Positions 51,380 through 64,000 of a stretch of 64,000 nt of DNA are shown piece by piece. The stretch is taken from NCBI RefSeq assembly GCF_030144855.1, contig NC_082714.1:93124001-93188000 (forward strand). Reading direction: 5' to 3'. Within the stretch, counting starts at the first letter, position 1. Every line of letters begins with the position of its first letter. This DNA comes from Hypanus sabinus. Its lineage: Eukaryota. Made by a program: the position numbers and the translations under genes. The notes beneath the pieces were generated by a model, which was given only the letters and a program-made list of their open reading frames with translations, did no database searches and was not told the DNA's origin.

Positions 51380-54170
51380 TGTCATAAAGAAATAGAGCAC
51401 CACAACACCAAATCACACCTTTCGGTCCATCTAGTTGATCCGAACTATTAATATGGTAAGTCCCGTAATTCTGCACCCGGATCATCGGTATTCATACCCC
51501 TCCCTCCATCCAAATTTCTCTTAAATGTTGAAATTGACGCTCATCCATCACAACCGCTGGTAACTCTTTCTGTACTCTTACCATACTTTGATTGAAGAAG
51601 TTTCTCCCGATGTTTCCTTTAAACATTCCAACTTTTACCTTTATACAATATCCTTTCCACTATGTCTAGGCCTTTCAACATGCGAAAGGTTTCAATGAAG
51701 TCCAGCCCCTCCACCCCCCCCATCCTTCTGAATTCCAGCGAGAACAGACCCAGAGCCATTAAACCTTCATCGGATGATGACCTTTTCATTCCTGGAATCA
51801 TCATTGTGAACCTCCTCTGGATCCTCTGCAATGCCGGCACATCTTTTCTAAGATGAAGGGCCCAGAATTGTTCGCAATATTCCAGTTGAGGCCTCACCAG
51901 TGCCTTATAAAGCCTCAGCATCACATCCGTGCTTTTGTATTCTCGACCTCTTGAAAAGAATGCCAACGTGGCATTTGCCTTCCTCATCACCGACTCAAAC
52001 TGAAATTAATTCTTTAGGATGTTCTGCACAAGGACTTCCAAGTCCATCTGCATCTCAGATTCCTTGTTTTTCTCCCCGTTTAGAAAATAAGCCGCACGTT
52101 TGTTTCTACCACCAAAGTGCATGGCCATGTATTTTCCAACATTGTATTTCATTTGCCACGTTCCTGCCGATTCTGCTAACCTGTCTCAGTTCTTTGCTCA
52201 ACACTACCTGTCCCTCCACCGATCTTCGTATCATCTGCAAACTTGGCAGCAAAGCCATCTATTCCATCATCTAAATCAATTATATAGAGCATGAAACGAA
52301 GTTGTCCCTACACCGACCCCTGCTGAAAACCACTAGTCACTGGCAGCCAACCAGAAAAGGATGCTTTTATTCCCAGTCACTGCTTTCTAACTATCAGCCA
52401 ATGCTCTGAGCATGTTAGTAACTTTCCTGTAATACCATGGGCTCTTAACGTGGTAAACAGCTTCATGTGTGGCACCATGTCAAAGGCCTTCTGAAAGTCC
52501 AAATATACAACATCCACTGCATCCGCTTTATCCTACTTGTAATCTGAACGAATTCCAACAGGTTCGTCAGGCAGGATTCTCCCTGAAAGAAACGATGCTG
52601 ATTTTGTACTATGTTGTCCTGTGTTACCAAGCAGTCCAGCACTTCATCCTTAACAATTGACTCTGACATCTACCCAAACACTGAGGTCAGGCTAACTGGT
52701 CCATAATTTCCTTTCTGCTGCTTTCCCCCTTTCTTAAAGAGTGGTGTAAGATTTGAAATTTTACAGCCGTCTGGTACCATGCCAGAGTCCAATTATTTTT
52801 AAAAGATCATATCTCATGCCACCGCAGTCTCTAACGCTATCTCTTTCAGAACACTAGGGTGCAATTCCTCTGGTCCAGGTGACCTATGTACATTTAGCAT
52901 TTTCTCTCTTCCTTCACACACTACAACATCACACACACTGCTAGCTTCTTCCACAGAGAAGACTGACGCAAGATTTCTCCTGCCGCATTTTCTAGCAGTC
53001 CTATATCCACTCTCATTTCTCTTTTATTTTTAACATACCCTTGAAAAAACTTTGCTAGCTTGCTTTCATGTTTCATCTTTTCACACTAATGACTTTTAGT
53101 TGCTCTTTGCAGGTTTTTTGAAACGTATCAATCCTTTATCTTCCCACTCATTTTTGCATTGTTGTATGCCCTTTCCTTTTCTTTTACAATAGCTTTGACA
53201 TTTTTTGTCAGCCACGCTTGCACTACTTTATCATTTGGGTATTTCTTCATTTTTTGAATGCAAATGTCCTGCACCTTCCTCATTTCCACCAGAGACACAC
53301 ATTATTGCTGCTCTACTGACATGCTTGCCAGCAGCTCCTTCCTGTTTACTTTGGTTAACTCCTCTCCCATACCACTGTAGTTTCCCTTACTTCACTGAAA
53401 TACTTCTACTTCAGATTTTACTTTTTTCAAGTTGAACATAATTATATGGTGTTGATTGATTCCTCTAAGTTCTTTTACCCAAAGCTCCCTAATCGCCTCC
53501 GGTTCATTACATAACACCCAATCCAGTATAGGTGAACGGAAAACTGCTCTAAAAAGCTGGCCCTTATGCATTCAACAAACTCCCTTTCTTGAGATCCATT
53601 ATCAGCCTGTTTTTCCCAATTGACCTGCATGTTATAGTCTCCCAAAACTACTATAACCTTGCCTTTTCTATTTCCTGTTGTCAGATGTGGTCCATCTCCC
53701 AGCTTCTGTTGGGACGCGTGTATATAAGTGCCATCAATGTCCTTTTACCCTTGCAATTCCTTAACTCAACCCACAATGATTCAACATCTTCCGATCCTAT
53801 GTCACATGTGATTTGATGTACATTTCTCTCCCTCTGTCTCTCTCTCTCTCTCTCTGAGACGACCCTGACCCTCACTCCTGGGAGGTAACATACCATCCGG
53901 ATGTCACGTCCAAGAGTCCAGAATCTCCTGTCTGTTCCCCTCTCTGTTGAGTTCCCTATCACTACCGCTCCTTTCTTCTCTTCTGCTCCATGGACCCATT
54001 CTTAGTGCCCGTAACCCAGTCGCCGTGGCATTCTGTCGGGTGGTCATCCTCCACAAAAGTATCCAAAGCGGTATACTTGTTTTTGAGGGGAACGGCCACA
54101 AGGGTGCTCTGCCCTAACTGCCCATTTCCATTTCTCCTGCAACTGCGGGGTGACTACTTCTTTGTAACTT
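51380..54170 (-). mobile_element. Degenerate CR1 (ORF1 remnant through 3' end)
   Basis: CYLPGVRVRVV, SLWVELRNCKG, SCLTNLLEF and ALVRPQLEYC motifs. Confidence 0.82.
53826..53854 (+). repeat. (CT)n microsatellite
   Basis: Direct reading. Confidence 0.8.
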
Positions 54171-55752
54171 TGATCAATTATATCCCCGCACTCCTCACAT
54201 TAAGAAAGTGCGGGAAACAGGGATAGAGAATGTGATCGGCAAATCTCTTGGTGATCTCTTGGTAATGGTGTCATAACATACGCAACGAAACGACTGACAA
54301 TCAGCGGACGCGGTGCATGTTGATTATCAGCAGGCCACCTGTGAAGTGATGCGCAAGATTTGCTGAAAAAAGAAATCCAGCTGTTCCTAGTGTACATCCA
54401 ATCACTTGGACAAGGGAACGGAGTGTAATATTGGCATGTTTGTTGATTATCAGGGTTATCAGGACGCTGCAGAATGACTGAGTTGATGTTCACAGATCAA
54501 AACAGGCAGGGATATATTTGTTTGTATTTGCACAGTTTGACTTGTTTGATTGTTCGTCTTAGTTTTTAGCTTTTCATTGCTTCCATTGTATTCCTTTATA
54601 TGTACTGTGAATGCCCGCAAGTCAATGAAACTCAGGGTTGTGTATGATGAGTTACTGCACTTTGATAGTAAATTTATTTTGAACTTTCAATTTTATAATC
54701 CTAAACCTGTGACCACGATCTAATTAATATGCCTCAATTTAATCAATCCAGTCGTTTCTGATCAGCGGTGCCTCCCGGATGTTGATGGCGACTGAAGATA
54801 TTGGAACGTCAGGGGTCGGGGGTCAGATCCTTTCCTGTTGACAGAGGCCATTGCCGGAACTAATGTAGACAGTCTGATGTTTGCTCCTACCAGCCTTGTC
54901 TGACTATTTTCGGATTCTTGTTCCATGCTTCAATATCTCACTGTCGGAAAATTTCATAAATGGGGTTTCAGATGAACGTTCTCGGACTTAAACGGCGACT
55001 GTCTATTTCCTGGCATAGATGCTGCCACACCCGTTCAGTCCTTTCATCTCTTACTGAGTTGCTCCAGATTCCAGCATCTGCAGCCGTTTGCATCACTGAT
55101 GCAATTATTACTAAACATCCCTAATTCCCATCTAATGAGACCCGGAAGATTCGCTGCCGAGAGGAGCACTCCTAATGCCCTCTGGCTGCGTTGATTGCGT
55201 TCCACTGCAACCCCTTTGCACAACCACTGACTCCAATGTCGGACGTTAAATTAAATTCTTCCCAGGCCCGCTTTAGAGACGAGAGAGAGAGAAAAAAATC
55301 ACTTGTCGGTTGGGAGTTGCGCATTTTAGCGACAAACTTTATTCTCTCATAAGCAAAGCAGCGACTTGTTTTCTGCAGGAATGACATATTTTCAAATAGG
55401 AACCGCTGTATTGTCGACGTAATTTTGGGATGGCATAGAGGTTTTGTAGAAATTTGATGTGACCTTGAAAAGTTTTGTTGTCATTAGCCATTCTGAGCAG
55501 AGACGAGGTGCCGTGTGCAACCACCATCCACACCGATTGTTCCGGAGGGAAGAAGCCGAAACAATATCTAAAATAAGTTTAGCCGGAGTATTCTCCAAAG
55601 TTCTACAGACTTGGATATGTGATACAACTGAAGATGAAACAATCTTTAAATTAGGGGTTAAGGTTTTCAAAATCAGCAAGGTGGCCATTCAAATTTTCTG
55701 AAGGTTAGCAAGTCAATCTCCGCCCACATTCTATCTCTGGCGCCGCCCACTC

Positions 55753-55760
55753 ATTTACAT
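55753..55760 (+). promoter_or_regulatory. Octamer-like motif ATTTACAT upstream of the Ig light-chain leader
   Basis: One mismatch to the Ig-promoter octamer ATTTGCAT, about 120 nt before the ATG, followed by an AT-rich TATA-like stretch (attaataaa). Confidence 0.45.
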
Positions 55761-55877
55761 CCCAATTAATAAACGGACTCGTAGACTCTGAAACCGGAGC
55801 GGTTCCCGGAGTGTGCAGAACTGCACATGGTTCGGTCGGAATTTTTGCGCGCTCGTTGTCTGATTGTGTCCGGAGGA

Positions 55878-55926
55878 ATGTCCCCAGCGCTGCATCTCTT
55901 GTAGCTGCTGCTGCTCCATTTACCAG
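55878..55926 (+). pseudogene. IGL: Ig lambda light-chain leader exon with premature stop (MSPALHLL*LLLLHLP)
   Basis: ATG at 55878, TAG at 55902-55904, phase-1 donor CCAG|GTGAGA. Confidence 0.8.
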
Positions 55927-56034
55927 GTGAGAGTCGGATTGGTTCACGCTCGGATTATCCGTTAAAATTGGGATTAATGCTGTTTTTTTATTGCTCTCCA
56001 AGTAACCCAGTGGTTTTATTGTGTTTTATTGCAG

Positions 56035-56385
56035 ATATCCACGCGGCCGTCGTGCTCACTCAGACCCCGATGTCCGGACCTGTTTCCGTGGGACAAACCG
56101 TAAGCATAGAGTGTCGGATACAGAACGGTAATGTTGGAAGTTACATGTACTGGTACCGACAGCGCCCCGGGGAGAGACCAGAGTATGTGTTAGAACATTA
56201 CCCAAACAATAATATATACCGTGGGCCAGGGATCACAGACCGTTTCCAACCATCCAGAGACACCTCCAGCAACAGTCACATCCTGAGCATGAGCAGTTTG
56301 GGGCTCCGGGATTTCGCCGTCTATTACTGTGCAGCGTGGGAGAATGGGGTTATCTTATGTCCAGGCACCATCCTGGATATTAAGA
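56035..56385 (+). pseudogene. IGL: Germline-joined VJ exon of an Ig lambda (type II) light chain
   Basis: Translation VVLTQTP..VSIECRIQNGNVGSYMYWYRQRPGERP..DRFQPSRDTSSNSHIL..DFAVYYCAAWENGVILCPGTILDIK. J motif FGPG is degraded to LCPG. Donor AAGA|GTAAGT. Confidence 0.9.
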
Positions 56386-58057
56386 GTAAGTGACTCCCTC
56401 ATTCTGCTGCAAACAATTCCGACTGCAGCCACTCTCATTCCCCACAGCTGGATAAAATCCCGTCCAGGGAAGGCAGGTTCCATCTGTCTCAGTCTGGCAC
56501 AATAGGCCGTCGAGTCAGCTCCAGCAATCAAATTAATGACCGCTTGACTTGTGAACATTTTTTTGTTGTTGGACACTTCTGATCTACTTCAGCCGGTGTA
56601 GCAGAATTCAATACTTTCCGATATTCCTTCTCTTTAACACAATTGGCCCCGTGCATAGCATTATTGAATTGGTTTATTTTCGCTACTTTTCACAAGATGC
56701 AATGAAAATTTTGTTTTGCATACTGTCCATAATGATCACATGAGACAGTGCCTGGAGTTAAACACAGGTTAACGCAGAATAAAATTTAACAGCCAAAGCG
56801 GAAGTGTAGTTCAGGTAGATAAGTTGCAAGATCGTAACGAGGTAGTTGTGAGGTCAATCGTCCATCTTATCGTACCAGGGAACCATTCAATAGTCTTATT
56901 ACAGCAGCCCCTCTGTAATGTCAAATTAAACCAATCCCTGCTGTCTACACATACTCCATATCCCTCTATTCTCAGCACACTCACGTGTCCGCCTAACAGC
57001 TTCTTAAACGTCCCTGTTGTATCTGCCTCCTCCAGCTCATGCAACCTCCACTCTGTTTAAAAACTAAAAATTCACCGAACTTCTCCTTTCGGCTTAGATT
57101 GCTGCCCACGGGAAAACATCCTGACTGTCGATCCTATCGCTATCACACATACTGTCTTGAATAATGTTCACATCTCATTCGGGGAAATGATCGCAACCAC
57201 AATCATGACATCTACCCTTCCCTCTTCATTCACCACATCTGAGAACTTGTTTGTTGCCAATATTCCATAACTTTTTCTGGGTGCGGTAAATCCTGGGCCA
57301 CAGGGCAGGATGTTGATCACTTCAGGTTAACGCAATTCGCAGTTTCTGATTAAGAACCGTGTCATTATGATTATAGAAAACACAGGAGAAAAACGTCAGA
57401 CTTAAAATAATACACACCAGGGGAAAGTGCTGGGCAGACAACAGACTGGTCACAATGTCGAGCGGCAGTAGGCGGGTTAGTACGGGTTCGGAATGCAATC
57501 TGGTTCTAAACGAGTCGTTTCGCCTTTTCCCGCTTCTCACCGATTCACAGACCATTTTTCCGTCACTTCCTCTTCAGCCACTGGGTACCGAGTCTTATAT
57601 ATCCACTGAGCTTTCCCGAACTTGGGACATCCCAAAGTGCCTTCTTACCATCATTAACTGAAAGTGTACCATTCTCAGTTATTGCCCTATGAGTTCAAAA
57701 TTTGGGGAGTTGTTGAACAATAAGGAACTGGTCTCACTAGAGGGACCAATCATTTGTGCAGGGTCTGGGGAATTAGCGAAGAGATTGAGTAGTGTTGAAG
57801 TTATGTTTTAACGCAATGCAGTACCGAGAGCAGAGGAGATTCAAAAGCATTTTTTAAATGAATAATGTCACGTCGTAGACGCGCAAGGCTGCGAACAATC
57901 CAGCCAACTCTTAACCCAAAGGACTGTACCCGAGGGGTCAAATGTAACGTATACTGTGTCCCAAAGCCTGTACTATTTTCGGCGCCGGTGCTTTTATCTT
58001 TGAACAGTCCATTAAATAATATTGTTTCTATTCCCCTCCTTTTCCTCTCTCACACAG

Positions 58058-58386
58058 GTAGCGAATCCCGGCAGCCCTCAGTTCTCCTGCTACCCCCCTC
58101 TCCGGAGGAGACCGGCTCGGGTTCGGCCACTCTCTCCTGTCTGGTGAATGGTTTTAAGCCGGGCTTGGTAGCGCTAAGCTGAAGCGTAGATGGAGTCGAG
58201 ACGGCAAGCGGGGTGACGACAGGCGCCGTGTCCCTGGACACCGACCAGATCTACAGACTGAGCAGTTACCTGCGGGTTCCCGTCGCTGCCTGGAACAAGG
58301 GCTCGAGCTATTCCTGCAGCGTGAGCCACAGCTCGCTGAGCTCGCCGCTGGGCAACACCATCTCTTCGTCCGCCTGTGCGCAGTGA
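58058..58386 (+). pseudogene. IGL: Ig lambda light-chain constant exon with Trp>stop
   Basis: Translation SSESRQPSVLLLPPSPEETGSGSATLSCLVNGFKPGLVALS*SVDG..YRLSSYLRVPVAAWNKGSSYSCSVSHSSLSSPLGNTISSSACAQ*. TGA at 58180-58182 replaces the invariant Trp; the terminal interchain Cys is present. Confidence 0.92.
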
Positions 58387-59284
58387 GAGTGTGCCGGCTG
58401 GCAGAACACGCGGGTTGTTTGCTCTTGTTTAATGCAGTGAAGCAATGATTGGGTCTGAAAAGCAGCCCATTGCAATGTAATTGTGTAGTAATGTTCGTTG
58501 ATGGAAACAAACAGAATGTTCAATGAATTCAGAACAGTTGGCAATAATAACCCATACTTTTCTAATTTTATGTAGAATTGTCGCCACTGTGCTGAGTCTG
58601 AACTACTGCTGTGTGTAGACTCAGGAGCGATCTCCCGCGCTGTAAATGGAGTTTGTGTAACAAAACTCTAAAAAAAAGAGGTAACAGCGATAAATTTATC
58701 GTGTCTCGTCTTTACTTGGCTGCTGGCAGTACGTTGTTGGGGTGGGGGCGGAATGGTTCTGTACAACGTGCCGTCTGGGAGTCTCAAACAGAACTATAGT
58801 TAAATCGACTCCGACATCTGATTCCACTTTCTGCTCTCTGTGTCCTGAGAGTTCTTTGTTCGTCGGCACTCACACCCTCATTCTCCGGAACCTTCTATTC
58901 CTCGTTGTCTGCTCTTCATTTACAACCATCCCTGGGGGACGGAGATCAACATTTTCATTGCCTTTTGGACAACGTCTTACCACCATTGGGAGTGTTACAC
59001 AGTAGGGATGTTTCCCCGTGACTTGAACATTGTCTTCATCGATTCAGTTCGTTCCTGAAGGAAGGCCATCGACCTCACTTTCCACCTGCCGCCACCGCCA
59101 CCACCCACCACGCCCACACCCACGCCCACACACTAGCTTCTGTAACACATAGTGGTTTGTAACAGTCTGTAATGGTGTTAACGTGTGCCTGGACTTCCAC
59201 TAACCATTAATGACCATACTAATCACTCTATTTATGGAGTATATAGAGCAACGTCAGTGACATTAGAGAAAATAAATCCTGTCC

Positions 59285-59955
59285 TGTCATGGTCCGGTCT
59301 GTGAAATACGCGATCCGGTTCACAGTCCGTCTATGGATTCCGTACTCCGGTTATTCAATTTTTCCCTTATTCTGTTGGGTAGTTTAACTGAGGCACCTGA
59401 CTCTCGTTTCGGTCTGGCTATATGTAGCTCTGGGGTCCAGCAATTCCTTGCTCGACCGTCCTTGTCAGTCAGCCAGTCAGAAACCTCGTCAGTCACCCAC
59501 ACCGAGAAGCTGGGCTCAGTGTTCCGTGTTCTGTGTCTAAGAAGAGTCCCGGCGCTATGTCATGTGCCCAAGGAGGAGCCCCTGCTCAGTGTTCCATGAC
59601 CTGTGACTACGTCAAGTCTGTTCCAAGTTCAGAGTCCAAGTCCAGTCCAAGAGCTGAGTCTAAGTTGAGTCCAGTAGCCGAGTACCTGTGCAGTCCAGGA
59701 GCCGAGTCCCGATCCAGTCTAGGAGCCCAGTCCAGTCCAGACCCGAGTTCCGAGTCATGACATGAGTTCCCTGTCCTGTTCAAGTTCCTGATCCAAGTCC
59801 TGGTCTTCCGATTAGTCACTCTTCTTCTACCTTTATGTTGTCATTTTGGCCGCGCTCCTTGGCTTACCTAGCATTCTTAATAAACATAGTCCAGTTCCTA
59901 GTAGTTCAGTGTCTGTGTCTTGCGTTTGGGTCCGCTGCCATCGCCCCCTTGTAAC
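59285..59955 (+). mobile_element. Solo LTR-like element
   Basis: Begins TGTCA and ends ..TGTAAC, has internal (gagtcc/cagtcc) short tandem repeats and AATAAA near the 3' end, with no coding internal region. Confidence 0.55.
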
Positions 59956-60244
59956 CTGTTCATGAGATAGAAATCCAATGAACAATCGGGCAAATGACGC
60001 CCACGCTGGAAGACTTAACATTTTCAACGTTTTAAAACTTCTTTGAAAATACGGGGACTGTGAAGTGTATTGTAGATCACTAAAAATAGAAAGAAAATCA
60101 ATGAACATATGGAGAATACATTAAATATTAAAAAGATTAGCTTTATTTTTCTTACGTGGAAAGAAACATACAGCGCCCTTTGCGTCAAATCAGATTGTGC
60201 TGGGGACAGACCGGAAGGGTCACCAGGCTTTCGGCAACAACCTT

Positions 60245-60365
60245 TATTTATTTGGTATTTATCTATTTACCTATCTATCTGTTTTATATCTATCTATCAA
60301 TGAAACTTCTGTCTGTGCAGCTACAGCATCTATCCATCTCTCTATCTATTTGCTTACTTATTTAT
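60245..60365 (+). repeat. Low-complexity (TATC/TATT)n tract
   Basis: Direct reading. Confidence 0.7.
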
Positions 60366-61399
60366 TCATCGATGCAGTGTGAAACAGGCCCATCTGGCTC
60401 AACGAGACGCCCAGCAACCCGCCGTTTTCACCCAAGCACAATCGCAGGACAATTTACAATCACCAACTAACCTACTAACTGGTACTTCGTTTAACTGTGG
60501 AAGGAAACCAAAGTACCTGGAAGATGCTGCATCTTGAACTCTATAACTGGTATGTGGGTATTATATGTAACTGGAAAATGTCATGACAATTTTCATTGCC
60601 TTTATTGAAAAGCGCCTGAAAGGCACATGCCGAGAGAGGATTTATTGCACATTTGCAATAAACATTTAAACATTATGGTTTCCTGAATTATAAATAATAC
60701 TGGGTACAAAACCTGAAGACCTCCCACTGGAAAGGTGATCACTAATAATGTGGTGGCGATCGGAGAGAGCCACACTCCGGGATACAGCCTGTAAATCAGA
60801 TTCAACAACGAAAAAATGGTGAGGTTCGCTTTTCTATTATTCCCTCCTTGATCCACAACCAGCAGGTAGGAAGTACCACAGCATTAGTACAAGATCTGTT
60901 GGGATGGAAACAACTTACCCCAGGACGTGAGATTACCGAACTCCCTGCGACCACCCAGATCTCATCACCTCTGAACTATCGATAGTTCTGCTTACTTTCT
61001 GACTTGTGCCGTAAATGCACCCCATGCTGAATGTTAATCTTCTGAAATATATTTTATTCTGTGTTAAGTTATTTGTGGTACTATTATTTTCTGTGATGTT
61101 TGTGAATTTTATGCACCTTGTTGTGTAGTTTGGTTCGGAGGATCTTTGGTTTGTTTGGTTGAATGGCTATGTAGAGTTATAGAATGGAGTAATTAGTCTT
61201 CAAGATGCCTCAGATGGCGGCCATAACTGGCGTATCTTTACGTGCATCTCTGATGGGAATAGAAAAATTCCCATTTGCGACTGCTACAGTTGAAATCCAT
61301 AGCACGTGGGATTCCAAATCCCTTGAAATAAGTGTCATCATTGCAGTTGCGTTCTTTACCAGAGATGCGACGTGTACATTAACCTTTTGGGAGTCTTTC

Positions 61400-64000
61400 A
61401 AGAGGACTCCTGTCTTTCTGCGCCTCTGATATTTGAAGCCTCTCCCTATTTAGATAACAGTCCGCACTATTGTTCATTTTACCAAAATGCACTAATTATA
61501 TTTCCCAACACTGAATTCAACTTGCCACTATTCTGCTCATTCTTTAAATTTGTCTAAGTCATGCTGCAATCACACTGCTTCCTCAGCACTACCTACCCTC
61601 CACCTGTCTTCGTATCATCTGCAAACTTTATCACAGACCCATCAAGTCCGTTATCTAACACGAGGAAATCTGCAGATGCTGTAAAGGCAGGGTGATGTGC
61701 AGAAAGAGAGAGAAAAAAGCGGAGGGAGGGGGAAACTAAATATATCAGCGATGGGGTAAGAAGGGGAAGTGGGGCATTAACGGAAGTTAGAGAAGTCAAT
61801 GTTCATGCCATCAGGTTGGAGGCTATCCACCCGCTATATAAGGTGTTGTCAGGCCATCAGGTTACATTATCTAAATCATTTTCTAACAGTGTGAAAAGTA
61901 GCGGTTCTATTATTGACCTCTGACACTAGTAGTCAGCGGCAGCCGATCAGAAAAGGCTCCTTTACTCCCACACGCAGCCTTCTGTCCGTCAGCCATTCCG
62001 CTATCAATGCCAGTATCTTTCCTGTAGCACTTTAGAATTTCATACTGTTAAGAATCTTCATGAGTGGATTCTTATCAAATGCCTTCTTAAAATTCAAGTA
62101 TATGGCGTTCACTGCCTCTCTTTTGTCCACACTGTTTTCACTTTCGGGAAGAACTAACAGAGTAGTGCCAGATTTCCTTTTGTGGAAACCATGCTGAGTT
62201 TGACTTAGTTTATCATTAATCTCCAAGCATCGCGAAACCTCATTCTCAGCAATAAACTCCACCAATGGCCAACCACTGAGATTAGGTTAACGGGTTTAAA
62301 ATTTCATTTCTTAAAGAGTGAAGTAATTTTGCGATTTTCCAGTCATCCGTGACCATACCAAAATGAAGTGATTCTCTTAACTCTTCAGTAACCTCTCTCA
62401 GCAACCTTCAGTCCCTTCAGTTGCACAGCACTTTGTAATAGCAATAGCATTCACTCCTGCTCCTTGACACCCACGGACGTCTGGCATATTGCCAGTTCAT
62501 TCACAGTGAAGACAAGTGCGAAGTACACATTAAAATCATCTGCCATTTCTTTGTCCCCCATTAGCACATCACCAGCATCATTTCCAGTGGTCCAATATCA
62601 ACTCTCACCTCCCTTTTACTTTTTACGTAACTGTTAACTAATCATATTATGCCTATTCAAATGTTATAACCATATAACCATATAACAAATACAGCACGGA
62701 AACAAGCCAGCTCTGCCCTTCTAGTCCGTGCCGAATGCTTACTCTCAACTAGTCCCACTGACCCGCACTCAGCCCATAACCCTCCATTCCTTTCCTGTCC
62801 ATATACCTATCCGATTTTACTTTAAATGACAATACCGAACTGCCTCTACCACTTCTACTGGAAGCTCTTTCCACACAGCTGCTACTCTCTGAGTAAAGAA
62901 ATTCCCCCTCGGGTTACCCCTAAACTTTTGCCCCGAACTCTCAACTCACGTCCTCTTGGTTGAATCTCTCCTACTCTCAATAGAAAAAGCCTATCCACGT
63001 CAACTCTATCTATCGCCCTCATAATTTTAAATACCTCTATCAAGCCCCCATCAACCTTCTACGCTCCAAAGAATAAAGACCTAACTTGTTCAACATTTCC
63101 CTGCAACTTAGGTGCTGAACACAGGTAACATTCTAGCAAATCTTCTCTGTACTCTCTCTATTTTGTTGACATCTTTCCTATAATTCGGTGACCAGAACTG
63201 TACACAATACTCAAAATTCGGCCTTACCAATGCCTTGTACAATTTTAACATTACATCCCAACTCCTATACTCAATGCTCTGATTTATAAAGGCCAGCATA
63301 CCAAAAGCTTTCTTCACCACCCTATCCACATGAGATTCCACCTTCAATGAACTATATACCATTATTTCTAGATCACTCTGTTCTACTGCATTCCTCAATG
63401 CCCTACCATTAACCATGTATGTCCTATTTGGATTATTCCTACCAAAATGTAGCACCTCACACTTATCAGCATTAAACTCCATCTGCCATCGTTCAGCCCA
63501 CTCTTCTAACTGGCCTAAATCTCTCTACAAACATTAAAAACCAACTTCATTATCCACAGCGCCACCTACCTTAGTATCACCTGCATACTTACTAATCCAA
63601 TTTACCACCCCATCATCCAGATCATTAATGCATATGACAAGCAACATTGGACCCAGTTCAGATACCTGAGGCACACCACTAGTCACCGACCTCCAACCTG
63701 ACAAACAGTTATCCACCACTACTCACTGGTATCTCCCATCCAGCCACTGTTGAATCCATTTTACTACTTCAATATTAATACCTAACGATTGAACCTTCCT
63801 AACTAACCTTCCGTGCAGAACTTCGTCAAAGACCTTACTGAAGTCCGTATAGACAACAACCACTGCTTCACCCTCGTCAACTTTCCTCGTAACCTCTTCA
63901 AAAAAAATCAATATTTGTCAAACATAACCTTACACTCACAAATCCATGCTGGCTGTTCCTAATCAGACCCTGTCTATCGAGACAATTAAATATATCATCT
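61400..64000 (-). mobile_element. Two CR1 fragments; the younger one (62665-64000) runs off the window
   Basis: ORFs 63108-63482, 63534-63719 and 63723-63911; (tatggtta) tail near 62670; IKFADDTK at 61600. Confidence 0.85.

Noticed and set aside
2467-56385. Recombination signal sequences or a rearranging TCR locus
   Set aside because: All V exons already contain J-like ends. The isolated cacagtg heptamers seen (for example near 14132, 19632, 26830, 37391) are not next to V or J segments.
111-63911. Most short ORFs in the supplied track as genes
   Set aside because: They are antisense or alternative frames of LINEs, LTRs or Ig exons, or chance ORFs without motifs. No rRNA, tRNA or CRISPR features were supported.

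Overview
Repeat-rich genomic DNA from a cartilaginous fish (elasmobranch), inferred from an elasmobranch-type lambda light-chain cluster and shark/ray-type CR1, Penelope and V-SINE repeats. Assembling exons by hand from GT/AG signals and phases reveals an immunoglobulin-superfamily receptor cluster that the ORF track shows only in pieces. Gene A (+, 1720-17492) is an apparently intact 290-aa receptor: leader, germline-joined VJ, C1, neutral TM, and a tail ending in D-I-YAQL. Gene B (-, 41501-36929) is a convergently oriented paralog: leader, VJ, C1, TM, and a terminal exon with a canonical ITIM (ILYASL); one short cytoplasmic exon is unresolved. Between them lies a decayed third gene (+, about 24130-30480) with a frameshifted V exon and an Asp-containing TM exon. 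A germline-joined Ig lambda (type II) light-chain cluster, pseudogenised by two nonsense codons, follows at 55878-58386 (+). The C1 domains of A and B are about 52% identical over 61 ungapped residues and both have CxC instead of YxC; all three TM exons carry a juxtamembrane Cys. The rest is mostly CR1 LINEs (one nested insertion with a probable TSD, one uninterrupted 579-aa RT ORF), Penelope-like, R4/Dong-like and Rex1/L2-like fragments, V-SINEs, LTR-like pieces and microsatellites. Repeat boundaries are approximate and family assignments come from recognised motifs, not database searches.
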